The notes under the pieces were generated by a model. That model saw nothing but the letters and a program-made list of their open reading frames with translations, was not told the origin of the DNA and made no database searches. The translations under genes were made by a program, and so were the position numbers. From positions 33,046,001-33,110,000 of the forward strand of contig NC_083236.1 in the NCBI RefSeq assembly GCF_032191835.1: DNA of 64,000 nt, written 5' to 3'. The stretch comes from Heteronotia binoei. Lineage: Eukaryota. Of the stretch, positions 11,581 through 23,414 are shown in pieces. Every line of letters starts with the position of its first letter. Within the stretch, counting starts at the first letter, position 1.

Positions 11581-13066
11581 TGCCGAGGAGGAGCTCCGTG
11601 CAGTCCCTGCTGTAGTCCGAACATCGGGGCGGGGGGGGACACAAGTAGGTAGCCTCACCTACAGCACCTGGCACCAGTCCTGCTCATTCCCATCTTTGTT
11701 CCTGCCCTGAATTTCTAGCTGACCTGCAAGCCACCTCCACCTGGCCTCCTTGGAAACTAACATCAGCAGAAGAAGGGCTCTTTTTGGATGATCATGGGAC
11801 TTTTAAAAAAGCCATTTTCTTGACTGAGTTGTGCACCAGATGAATAACATCTGATTAAGTCTGAGAATGGCTTCCAGATGTTGGGGGTGCTGGTTAATCC
11901 CACATACCTCACATAACTTTTTCTTCCTTGTTGAATGGTTATGGTTCTTACCCCTGCTTTTCTCGTTCTACAGTCTGAGATCCAAACCTTTATACTTTTC
12001 CTTCCATCAATCCTCTCCCATCAACATTTTAAAAACTGGGAGAATTTGAATTTTGAAAGTAGAATAAATCATTCAAGTATTAGGCAAATTTTCTGAGCCC
12101 TCTGATGTTGCCAAAACTATTTGATTGATCTAAAATAGGCCGAGGTTAATAAATAATTCAACTGTTAGGTGTGACAAAATAATTTTATTGATTCAAAATA
12201 GACCTAATTTGTGGTTTTTAAAATTCTGTATTTTACAGTGAAATGAAACTCAGTTATAGTAAGGATTATTGCTTACAGTTAAGGAGTACAGCAATACAAC
12301 TGACCTGAAAGAAATATAAAATAAGTAGTTGTGCTATAAAATAAGAGCCTTTAATGTGTTACGAGGAGGGAGGTGTCATTTTTGGCTACTGTTTTTTTCA
12401 TTCAAGGTACTGGAGTCTAATAAACCCCCATGCTTTTAAAATAAAAACTCATTTTTTAAAATGGTTGAATACAATCAGATCCTATCTGCTGTCTTCACTG
12501 TAGTCCCCCTGCCACATGGCTTTTGTTCATATAGTCCCACAGTCCTTTGCATAGGTTTTTTTGGTGATCAAAAGAGGCTGCTCCTCCCTCTCTTGCCAAT
12601 AGAAAAGTCAGCAGCACCCAATCAACACCAATGAGATCAACCATTTGAACCCAACAGTTTCCCCTTTTATTATACGTGAATATACAGAATCTCATGCGGG
12701 CACAGGTTAGAAGGAAAGGTTTTACCTATTTATTTAATATTTGGGGGTGGGAGGAGGTGGGAGTCTGTTCTCGTCACATCTCAGAAGCTAAACAGGGTCT
12801 ATTTGGATGAGAGACCACCAAGGAAGACTCTGCAGAAGAAGGCAATGACAAACCACCTCTGCTCACTTGCCTTGAAATGCTATTGGCTGGGGCTGCCATA
12901 AGTCATTTGAGAGCCTTGTCAGCACTTACATATGTTTAGGAGGTGGGTTAAATTCCTCTGACATAATGCATCTAGTTTGCAGAAAATGAGTTTCCCCATC
13001 ATAACAAAATAGAAGATTTACAAGCAGGCCTAGCATCACTGTGCTACATTGCAACTGTCAACTTAC

Positions 13067-13213
13067 CATCACCCCTTTAACCCACCCAAAACGAACAGGC
13101 TCGCTCTGGGGGTTCTCGGCCCCCTCACTGGCCACTTCTTCCGTTTCTTCTTCAGAAAGGCCATCGTTTCTGTGAAGTTCATATGCTGGGGGACGGATGT
13201 GGATACTTTCTTG
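13067..13213 (-). CDS. SLC12A3: NCC exon 2 (147 bp)
   Basis: QESIHIRPPAYELH...EPVRFGWVKGVM; acceptor ttacag, donor ATG|gtaagt; same length as the human exon as recalled. Confidence 0.95.
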
Positions 13214-14339
13214 CTGTAAGGGTGGGGGGGAGCCAGTGGTGAAAAAGAAGGAAGTCAGGACAAGACAGTGATTAAGAACACAATTCAGCACTGGAGTGTC
13301 TACAACAAGACCGTGTGAGGGGATCTGAAGGCAAGCTGGAGCTTTAAACACAACTGCTTGGGATGCAAGTGGGGAGAATTGAGGCAATTTCATAAAAAGG
13401 TGCACGTATAACCTCCATAGCTGATACAATAGGCACATGTTGCACACATGTCTTGACTCTTAACTCTCACCAAGTAGAGAAGCATACTGCTAAATTCACA
13501 AGGAGTGCTGTATATGGGGGAAGCAGGATTGGTACTTCACCTCCCAGCTCTGCCAAGATATAGTTTTAAAGTAACATTTCCCTGCATTTTCTTCTGTGAC
13601 AACTTTGCTTCAAAGGCCCAATGCTTTGTCAGTATAATAAGAGCTCAATGTTCTAGTGGTCCCTCCAGCTGGGAACCTCAACTTAATGCATCTCCTGAGC
13701 TCTCAGAAGATGGGACCTGAGAGGGTTGAGTATGATTCATTATTGGGGAAGGAATGCTCTATACATATGCTCATTGGTATTCTCTTTTTTATCATGAACC
13801 TCTTATGTTCAATGGAGACGAAGCCTGGCACTCAAAACTGTTCCCTTATAACCCCTATCTCAAACTGATGCATGTTCAGACTCAAATATGAGAGGGAAAA
13901 CTTACAAAGCTTCAAAGACCCTTAGCGCAGTTCAGGTATCTCCTGCTCAGTCTGAACATTCTGGTGTTATCAAGGTAATTGGCAGGTGGATCCACTTCCC
14001 AAAATGCAAGCAAGGAAGTGTAAGATAAGGAACAGTTCTGTTTTTCAGAGCTGCTTTCCTGCATTGTTCTTTTCATTAGAGTCAGGAGAAGAGAGGAAAG
14101 CAGTGGTGCTAAAGACTCTGAAGGAATATCCCTGGGCAAGGGGGGAAAGTTGCATTAAAATGTTTGGCAAACAATACAAGAGAATAAATAACATTGACTT
14201 CCTCTTGCTAGGATAGGAAATGGAGAACAGTCAATGCTGCCTACTAGCTCAAGATATTACTAAGTTTGGAGGACAGATAAGAGGAAAGCCACCCAATTTT
14301 GCCAAGACGGCATCAGAGAGCACCCTTGTTTGCCTTTAC

Positions 14340-14642
14340 CTTGAGGAATGAGTGCAGATCAGCAAGGGTGGGTCTGGGATTCTTGGTTTCATTGGTGATC
14401 TTTGTGTTGGCATAGTGCTCGTAAGCCGGCACAACGTCAATTGTATTGTAGCCGAAGGTCCGCATATAGAAAGTGCTGTTGGTGGTGAGGTGGTTGGCTT
14501 GGGTGGTGTCGTATGGGGCCGTATCTGTCTGCCCGTAATGCATCCTGCCGTTGTCCTCAGTGCCGATCAGGGTGCTGATAGTGAACCTCCCGTTGGAGCG
14601 TGCTGGGTCAGTATTTCGTTCTGACACTGGCAATTCAGCCAT
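14340..14642 (-). CDS. SLC12A3: Na-Cl cotransporter NCC, coding exon 1 (303 bp)
   Basis: Translates MAELPVSE...GRFTISTL...[24 protein letters not shown]...[12 protein letters not shown], matching the NCC N-terminus (RFTI SPAK/OSR1 docking motif and TFGYNT phospho-cluster). ATG at 14642-14640; donor AAG|gtaaag. Confidence 0.97.
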
Positions 14643-14739
14643 TTCATTTCCTTGGATGTTGTTTGTGACTCTCTTCCGACAGGTATGGGGTGGTGTAGGT
14701 TTGGGGCATATAGTGCAACATAATAAGAACCATGAGAAC

Positions 14740-14745
14740 TTTATA
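14740..14745 (-). promoter_or_regulatory. Candidate TATA box of SLC12A3
   Basis: Minus strand gggTATAAAgtt, about 98 bp upstream of the ATG. The position is plausible but this is inference only. Confidence 0.45.
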
Positions 14746-15155
14746 CCCGGCAAAACCAGAAAGAACTGACTGACCCTCTATTCAATTAACTCCCAACAGA
14801 GGGAATGAATTGGTTTGAACCATCTTAAGCTGGTTGTAGGAAATAATAGCCTGGAGGAATATCTAAATACTTACTCACCAACTTCTAGTTCCAGATCAAG
14901 CATATGATAACAGATTTGGCATTAAGTCCTCAGGACAGACCTGCTAAAAACACCAGGTTGATAGGAGGCTGGGATGGAAGAACTTCTCTGATTCATTTTG
15001 TGTGGGTACATTCTGTTTCTTCTGTAGATTCGTTAGGTAGGACAAAAACAAGCCATGCCTTGCTGGAAAGGAGATGATTCATGGAAAGGAGATGATGAAT
15101 TTACAAAGCCACCTCAAACTGAGTTTGACCATTGGTTCAATAAGCCCAGTACTTA

Positions 15156-15159
<4 letters not shown>

Positions 15160-15231
<72 letters not shown>
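15160..15231. repeat. (AAT)24 microsatellite forming the tail of a reversed L2 3' fragment (15232-~15360)
   Basis: 72 bp of perfect AAT adjacent to TTTTTATCCCGCCCTCCCCACCTCGGCAGGCTCAGGGCGGCT. Confidence 0.95.
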
Positions 15232-15232
<1 letters not shown>

Positions 15233-15564
15233 TTTTATTTTATTTTTATCCCGCCCTCCCCACCTCGGCAGGCTCAGGGCGGCTGACAACATTTCATAAA
15301 AACATACAATAATAATCAAAACAGTTAAATTTAACAATATAATTTAACAATATATTACAGGCAGTGGCTCACCAAGGTTTCAGATGTCTGTTACTACTAC
15401 CTAACAGAATTTAAAATGGAGATGGCTAAGAACTGAACATAGCACTCCTCATGGCCAAGTATTAAACTACAGCCCTTTTCTGTACATGTGCATGGAACTA
15501 AAAGAAGACATGGGCCCCAGTAGGTCTAACTTGAGAAATAGGGTGTAGCAGACATCTGGGGGCT

Positions 15565-16020
15565 ACTGTGTGTGTGCTAAGTGCTGTCAAGTCACTTCCG
15601 ATTTATGACCCTATGGATTAATGATCTCCCAAACATCCTATCATGAATAACCTGTTCAGGTCTTGCAAATTGAGGGCTGTGGTTTCCTTGATGGAGGAGG
15701 AGGAGGAGATTGGATTTATACTCTGCCCTTCACTCAGAGTCTCAGAGCAGTTTACAATCACCTTCCCTTCCTCTTTCCACGACAGACACCCTGTGAGGTA
15801 GGTGGGGCTGAGAGAGCTCTGAGAAAACTGTGACTGGCCCAAGGTCACCCAGCAGCTGTATTTCGAAGAGTGGGGAATCAAACTCAGTTCTCCACCATTC
15901 TTAACCACTAAACCAAACTGGCTCCCCAGTTGAATCAATCCATCTCATGTTGGGTTTTCCTCTTCTTCTTCTGCCTTCACCATTTCCTACCATTATTTTC
16001 CCCAGGAACTTTTGCCTTCT
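15565..16020 (-). mobile_element. RTE/BovB-like LINE 3' fragment interrupted by a Squam3-like SINE (15693-15926)
   Basis: Minus-strand peptide RRRRGKPNMRWIDS (the RTE C-terminal GRPxxRW motif) resumes on the far side of the SINE and ends in a (CA)n tail. Confidence 0.7.
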
Positions 16021-17567
16021 TGAGAGTGCTATTATAGATGTATTATCTTTGGATGACCTCTTCTGTGGATCCAAAGACCAGAAAGGTATAGAGGCTTTAT
16101 TTTCTCTCTCTCTTTTCCTCACTGACATACATGTACACACACTAAATCTTGCCTATTCCCTTTGGCCAAGGTGTGCGTGCATGGGGGAGCCACCTCCTCC
16201 AATCCCAGACTGCCGCTAAGACCCATAGAGGGAATATCCACAATCATGAAGAAGCACTACCATTCCCTTTGCCATGTAGCCATGGTGAACAGAACCAAGC
16301 TTATGACAGTAGGCAAGTTATTTTATCTTTCTTCAGCGAAGGCTTTAAAGAGCAAAGATTTTTTTTTTTAAAGTTGCATAAGAAAAGGCAGAGGATCTAC
16401 ACTCCAGACTTCCACAAGTTTCACTGCTTTTTCCCTTTCTACAGGGAGCTCTGTGAACTGTAGCTGTCTGAGGGTATCTTGGGTTCTTTAAAGCAAAGAA
16501 TTCATTATTTTAATATTATTTATTCGGAACACCAAACAACAGTTTCCAGCATTAGAGAGGCACATAATCCATCTTGGAGCTCAGATATACTATCAATCCA
16601 GCTTGGAGTGCCAATATACATTCAAGTTTTAACTAGGTTTTTTTTTGTTATGTGTTTCAATTAAGTCGTATTACTGTGTATGCTTACATTTCAAAAGCCA
16701 CCTTGAGCTTTGTGGAAAGGAGGGATATAAATATTTGAACTAAATAAATAAATGTAAGAGATCCTGGAAAAAAATCTGCTACTGTACGCAGTTTCAAACC
16801 GTGGTTTTCCATTGAAATTCCCTTCCCTCCTTCAACTCAGCATTGGCTGATATACATACCTACCACTTGAACAAGGGGCTAACCTTAGACCACCAGTCTG
16901 TGTGATTTTAGATTTATGAAGCATTGAATTTTTAAAAAAATTTACTTCCATTAATTTTGACAAATTTGGAAATGCAAAATGTTGAGTTTACTTTTTAATA
17001 TTTTGACCATTACTTGCTTTGGGTCAAAACTCAAATGGTTTAAATTTTTATTACCAGACATGAAATCTCAAACTGGCAGCTGTCCAGATATGCTGAACAC
17101 TAAATAGTATTGCAGTTTCAAAAAAGCAGCCTGGTGTAGTGGTTCCAGTGCTGGGCTAAGACCTAAGAGACCCAGGCTCCAATTGCCCAGCAAGCTCCTA
17201 TGGAAACTTGCAGGGCAACCTTGGTACAGTCACATGCTCTTCGTCTCACCTACCTCATAGGATCCTTGTGATGATACAATGGAGTCGGGGAGAATATTGT
17301 GTAAGTCACTTTGGGTCACCTTCGGGGAAGAAAGGTAAATATTGTAAATATGCAAAGTAAATATTGCATATCCTCTTTCAGTATCATTAGCTAGTAAATA
17401 CCATTACATATCAAATACAGTAAAATGATGAATATTATTGCCAAAATCAGATACGAAATATGTTGCTGGGGTGGGGGAGCGTTAATAACAGCAGAGGCAC
17501 TTTGTACTTTGCATGTTGTTTTGGGGATTTTCTAAAAGCCCACTGGTTGGTCATTCTAGGTAAGAGA

Positions 17568-17788
17568 TAGGGTTGCCAGCACTAGGCAGGGAAATATCTG
17601 GAGATTTTTGGGGAGCAGAGCCTGAAGAGGGTGGAGTTTGGGGAGGGGAGAGACTTCAATGTGGTATAATGCCATAAAGTCCACCTACCAAAGTGGTCAT
17701 TTTCTCCAGTGAACTGATCTCTGTTGCCTGGAAATCAGTTGTAATCCCAGGAGATCTCAAGCCACCACCTGGAGATTGGCAACTCTAG
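17568..17788. mobile_element. MITE of the TAGGGTTGCCA family
   Basis: TAGGGTTGCCAG...TTGGCAACTCTA inverted ends; internal GAAATATCTGGAGA shared with 20933. Confidence 0.75.
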
Positions 17789-19639
17789 GAAGGTAATGCT
17801 GGAGTACATCTTTGGTCTGAACCTGCTGGGCTATTTACATTCTTGTAAACAAGGTAGTTAGAAGTCACCTCTTTGTTTGAGGCAGTTTGTCTCTTGAGTA
17901 TCAGATACTAGGTTGCAATACTTTTGGGCTTCTGTGGGGTGGGGGGGAGCATCTCATTAGCCATTGTAGGAGACTTCTAGACTACTTGGACCTTTGGTCA
18001 GATTTAGCTGAGATCTGTTTCCATTCTTATGAGATGTCCTTGCATGTCAGCTGTCAAACACCTTCAGAGACTGATTACCTACTTCCCCTTTCACATACTG
18101 TTTGACATAACCAATTAAAATGTCAATTCCAGATATAAAGTATTCACTCAAGAATTTAAAGTGCATTTGACATTGAGCTCCACAACAGAGACATTTGTAG
18201 AGGATCTTTGGGAATAAATTTGTTTCCACACCACCTCGAGTCTGTCCATCGTACACTCCAACTTTCAGCCAGTTTTGAAATAATTAGTTTAAATTATTGA
18301 CTTATTTACTTCGCGTAACCCTTGCCTTTCCCCCAGTGGGAACTCAAAGGGCAAATTGCTGTACCCAGAACAAGGAAATGTGTTATGAGCCCATTATGAA
18401 AAAGAATTCACCATTGGGGAAAACAAACCACCTCAAAGTGTTGAAGGCTTACTTTCCCGTCATTCTGGGAGTCTGGTGCTCCAAAAATCACATGCCAATT
18501 TAAAAACAGTGACAGATTGCAATCTTGGGAGACAGTGAGTAGAAGACCAGCCATAAAATTCAGGTACAACCCGGGAAAGGCCATTTGAAATTCAGTACAG
18601 CTGCTCATTTTAGTCAGGTTAATGGGAAAACTGGTCTTTTTTTTTTTTTTGCAGTGCCTCTGGGGTGTCTGTTGAATAGCATTAGGCTTTAACTGCAGTT
18701 TTGTTCCCCCAGACTTAGATCCAGCACAATCCCTGCTCTTAGATATTCATAGAGGCCCCTCCAATAGCTGATGGAAACTCTCTTTGGCTTTTCTCTGTCC
18801 TACATTTTAAGATTGGTTTAGTTCCTCATCTAAGACACCTACCTACTCACCTGCTCTTCTCTTCTTGCCTGCCTTGGCAGCCCCAACCTCCCTCCTGCTC
18901 TGATGTGCACAAGTTTATCTGTTGTGCTCCCACCACTGTCTCTTCCTCACTGTTCTGCACACCAGAGTCCTGGCATTGCCTGTCTTTAATGAGAAAAGAA
19001 CCAAAGGAATCTATGAGCAGAAGTGCAAAGTATAATTGACACCTGGCCTATAGTAAAATAATAATAATAATAATCAAAGGCCAGTTGCCAGAAATACTTT
19101 TAAATGATCACTGAAAAGCTAATTTTAGAGCTTCCTGATAAATCATTTAATTATTGTAATTTCACAAGGGTTATTTTAATAATTGGCACTATCCCCCCCT
19201 CCCATTGCAGGCATCATGTGAGGCGGTGACCATTTCCAGAATGTGACTGGGAATAAGAGAGATGGCACCTCCCTAGAGGCCACGGTATGTAAGAGGGCCA
19301 GAAAGTGCCATCAGCTGTTCCCCCCTTAAAACATCTGGATGCCCAGTTGGGGCTGGGCCCCATGTGACATCTATTCAAAGGCAAACCCTCATCCCTCATA
19401 ATACAGCCCACATGCAGGATTGATCCAAATCAGCTAGCCTATAGGGTATTTAAAAGGACAGACATTTTTACATGGTCGCTGAGCCATGCCCTTTAGTGGG
19501 TTCTGCCTCTTGTTAGAATTTTGCCTTCTGAGAATTGGAGGCTGTTGCATAGAGTGAGGTGGTTCTGCAGCCCACCAACTGCTATCCAGGACAGTACTGC
19601 AGCTATGCTGAGTTCAGTTGTAGCAAGAACTCACACTGC

Positions 19640-20675
19640 TGAATAAAACAAAGCAGTAGACAAGTTGTACCTTTAAGACCAACTAAGTTTTATTCAGAAT
19701 GTAAGCTTTTGTATGCTCTAAGCAGACTTCATCAGACAAAGTTGGAATGGCAAGCAGCAGTTCTTAATATAAGTTGGCAGTGAGTTGGTATGTAGAAGCA
19801 TGGGAATGTTTTTAGCAGATTAAAAGAATCACAAATAGGGGTCTGTGTTTGTTAGTTAATGTTGTTAACTGGGCTGAAAAACATTGGAGGGTGATAAAAA
19901 GCAGATTGATGTCCTAGGTCAGGTGTGAAGTGCCATAAATCTGGGTAACATTCTGGCTTTGTTAGTATTGGGTTTAAATAGAGGGCATAGTTACTCAAGA
20001 GGTTATAACATCATTATAGTTTGCCATTAGAAAAAAAGGAATGCATTAAAATACAGTGGGTTAGTATATGTAATAAGATATTACATATCTTATTATGGGT
20101 TAGTATATGTAATAAGATAAACAGCCAATATCCCTTGAGTATGTCAATACAAAAAATCCCCCAATATTCTGATGTTCTGTTCTAAAAGAGAAATATGGTA
20201 CATATTAGTTAGCCATTAGAAAAACAGGATACATTAAAATATAGTGGAAGGTGGGTTAGTATATGTAATGAGATAAACAGCCCATATCCCTTATTTGAGT
20301 ATGTCAATACAAAAAATAAATTATTCTGATACACTGTTCTAAAAGAGAAATACATTGGAATATTGTGGATGTATAGTGACTCAGTGCGAATTGGTTTAGC
20401 ATATGTAACAAGATAAAAAACCAATATCCCTGTTCAGTCCTAGGGAGGTATTCGTTCCAAGTTTCATAACAATTTGTAATTCAGCAATTTCTCTCTCCAT
20501 TCTATTCTTGAAGTTCCTTTGCAGTAAAACAGCTACTTCGAGGTCACCCATTGAATGCTCAGGAAGATTAAAATGTTCTCCGACAGGTTTCTCAGTTCTG
20601 TAATTCTTGATGTCAGATTTGTGTCTATTTATCCTTTGGTGTAGGGTTTGTCCTGTTTGCCCTATGTAGAATAAA
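19640..20675 (-). mobile_element. Penelope-like element 3' remnant with GIY-YIG endonuclease C-terminal part
   Basis: 20671-20396 translates without stops: FYIGQTGQTLHQRINRHKSDIKNYRTEKPVGEHFNLPEHSMGDLEVAVLLQRNFKNRMEREIAELQIVMKLGTNTSLGLNRDIGFLSCYIC*. It is followed by a pseudo-LTR-type tail. Outer boundaries approximate. Confidence 0.85.
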
Positions 20676-20932
20676 GGTTATTTGCTCCGCCCTTCAGTGG
20701 CATCACTTTAAAAAAATGACAGTAAATATGACTCTGCATCTCTCCATTTGTCAAGCTCCTTCTCTCTGCCATGTAGATTACTTCTCAGGAGCCACCAACT
20801 TCAACATTAAAGGACTTTGTTATTTTTCAATTAATTAGAATCTCATGTTACACTATTCTCAGTTTTTTTTGCTTTGTAGACTTACCATTTCCACTTCGCA
20901 ATTATCATCCATGCTCCTATGTGCTGACAAAA

Positions 20933-21420
20933 TAGAGTTGCCAGGTCTGACTCAAGAAATATCTGGGGACTTTGGGGCTGGATCCAGGAGATTCTGGGGG
21001 CAGAGCCAGGAGCAAGGTTGTGACAAGCATGATTGAACTCCAAAGGGAGTTCTGGCCATCACATTTAAAGGGACTGCATGCCTTTTAAATGCCTTCCCTC
21101 CATTTGGAAATAATGAAGGATAGGGGCACTTCTTTGGGGGCTCATAGAATTGAACCCCTGGTCCAATCTTTTTGAAATGGGGGGGGGGGTGAGGAGAGGC
21201 AACAGATGCTATGCTGAAAATGTGGTGCCTCTATCTCAAAAAAAGCCAATAACCACGGCTCAATTCTCCATTATACCCTATGGGAACTGGCCTCCAAAGG
21301 GTATAATGGCATGCCTAGCAGGCATTTCCTTCCCTGTCCTGCTTTCTGATGACCCTGAAGCAGGGGGAGGGCCTTCAAATTAGGGGTACCCTTGCCCCCA
21401 ACTGGGGATTGACAACCCTA
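20933..21420. mobile_element. hAT-type MITE (TAGGGTTGCCA family)
   Basis: TAGAGTTGCCA...TGACAACCCTA inverted ends; 8-bp TSD TGACAAAA/TCACAAAA. Confidence 0.8.
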
Positions 21421-21929
21421 TCACAAAATTACTCAAGCTTCACATACTGCCCCTGATATATGCATCTGTCACATTCCCTCCTCAACATGCATGTTCACAA
21501 TTGCATGTGAAAATGTTAGCACAGCCCAATTTATTCAAATGTGTTCCAGCAACAATCATGGGAAGTGTTGTGACTGTATCTTTAGACTGTTTCATGTTGA
21601 AGTTTCCTTCTGTCACCTGTGGACACTCAAATGGCCAAGGAGATGCTGGGAATGCTGATATGTAAATAAAATCCACCTATGTGAGGCAGTCAACCTTAGA
21701 GGATGAAGTGGTTGAGGGTCAGGAAAGACACACTCAGAATGGCAGGACAGAGAATTCCAGAGCCACTGGAGAAGACTGTTATTAAGAGATGAAGTCAGAA
21801 AAAAGGAAAGCATGTAAGTGCTGACCAGCATTTATGAGGAAGGCACCGTTCTCAACCAGTGATTTTGTGATAATTGATTTTCAAACACATTATTAACCAA
21901 CTCACCTTGCTTATGATACCAAGTTGCAC

Positions 21930-22083
21930 TGAGCATCCCACATGCTTTGCATTGATGATTTATTTACAATTCAAAATGTATTTTTTTAAAAATATTTTCT
22001 GCTTAGTGAGCATCCCACATGCTTCGCATTGGTGATTTATTTTCAATTCAAAATGTATTTTTAAAAAAATATTTTCTGCTTAT
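21930..22083. repeat. ~77-bp tandem duplication
   Basis: TGAGCATCCC(C)ACATGCTT.GCATTG.TGATTTATTT.CAATTCAAAATGTATTTTT...ATATTTTCTGCTTA occurs twice with a few differences. Confidence 0.85.
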
Positions 22084-22438
22084 CTGATAGCATTTATTTT
22101 TGGTAGGCGGCTGGCTAGTTGGTACAGGTGACACGAGCTCAGACCTCACAGGATTTCAGGGGTTGAGGAAAATCATAGTTCTCTTGGGTTTTTTATTCAC
22201 AGAGGCTACGAAAACAATACCCATCAATGCTGACATGAACTCATGCTAGGGAGGTTTAGAAAGAGTAAAATGAACCCTGATTGGAGCTATATTCTATTTA
22301 AAGAGCCATTCCATTCAATGAGTTTCTCCTCCCATCAAAGGTTAAGTTTATAGTTTTGGGAGGGTTTGTATAGTTTGTATACGTGGGTATAGCAGTACAC
22401 TTTGTGAGTATTCCACATATGTGTAAAATGTTTTTGAC

Positions 22439-22732
22439 CAGGGGTGGCCAAACTTGCTTAATGTAAAAGCCACACAGAATGTTTGAGAGATGCAAGACAT
22501 GAAAGCCTAATGTTTGAGAGCTGCAGGCAGGCAGGAAGATGGGGGAGGGGTGAGAGAGGGAGATGGAGAAAGAAAGCAATTTTAACTGTAAATGCTGGCT
22601 TGGCTTGGAGAAGTGATTTAAAGAGACAAATGCATTCTACAAGCTGGGCAATGAAGCAGTGGGAGCTTCGAAAGCCACATAATATGTGTGAAAAAGCCAC
22701 ATGTGTCTCCTGAGTTGCAGTTTGCCCCCCCT
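22439..22732. mobile_element. hAT-type MITE (CAGGGGTGGCCAAAC family)
   Basis: Same left end as 3840 and a degenerate right end GCAGTTTGCCCCCCCT; right boundary approximate. Confidence 0.65.
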
Positions 22733-23330
22733 CCTCCATTTCTGACTGCTGGATCGAGTATTTGTAAAAACAAAATGCTGGCAAATTTGGGCTCGCCTTA
22801 GGATAGCTCAGCCTTCATTAACCTCATTTTCAGTAAGATATCTTCTTCAGGGAAATATTCAATCACAGCCAAGCTCAGATCTAGGCCTAGGGATCCTAGT
22901 TAGAAGATTCTGCAGACAGACCTCTACACAAAACATCTTAAATCAGCACACACCGCTGATTTAAAGGAGCTTTCAGCAAAACACAGCAGAGGCAAGCCAC
23001 AAATGGTAATATCAGAAGCCCAAAGATTTTTTACCCGGGTCTACACTCTTGATGTGAACTAGCCCACACTCTTCTCATTCACAGCATCCCACCGACTGCA
23101 TCAATTTACACTGCATAATCTGCTTTGAGTCTGAGAAAGGCTCATACATTTAAAAAAAAAAATCTAGACACACACACGCCTGAAGTAATCGGTTTTATTT
23201 CTAGAACCACACATCCCAATAGGCGTAAGAAACAGCCAACTGCAAAACAAAGCACAATTTTAAAGAAGGCCATGGAAACAACAAATCTGCAGCCTCTCCA
23301 GAGCTGGATGTGCAGGGAAGGCGAGTGGTA

Positions 23331-23414
23331 TGATGCAACCCTGGTGTAGTGAAATAGCCGGATAGTAAGATGCGCTTTTTGTCGGCCTGATTCACAACAC
23401 CAGCTGCAGCAACA
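23331..23414 (-). ncRNA. MIR138-2: microRNA precursor mir-138-2 (mature miR-138-5p at 23383-23405)
   Basis: The minus strand contains AGCTGGTGTTGTGAATCAGGCCG, an exact miR-138-5p. It is followed by a loop ending GCGCATCTTACTATCCG and the 3p arm GCTATTTCACTACACCAGGGT. The position between NUP93 and SLC12A3 matches known human synteny. Confidence 0.97.

Noticed and set aside
13208-13216. NAGNAG alternative acceptor at NCC exon 2, as recalled for human
   Set aside because: The sequence is cag|CAA, so there is no second AG three bases downstream.
14775-14795. HNF1 site in the SLC12A3 promoter
   Set aside because: Only the half-site GTTAAT matches; the second half diverges from ATTAAC.
15074-15337. 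Poly-Ile and poly-Tyr ORFs
   Set aside because: Translations of the (AAT)24 microsatellite.
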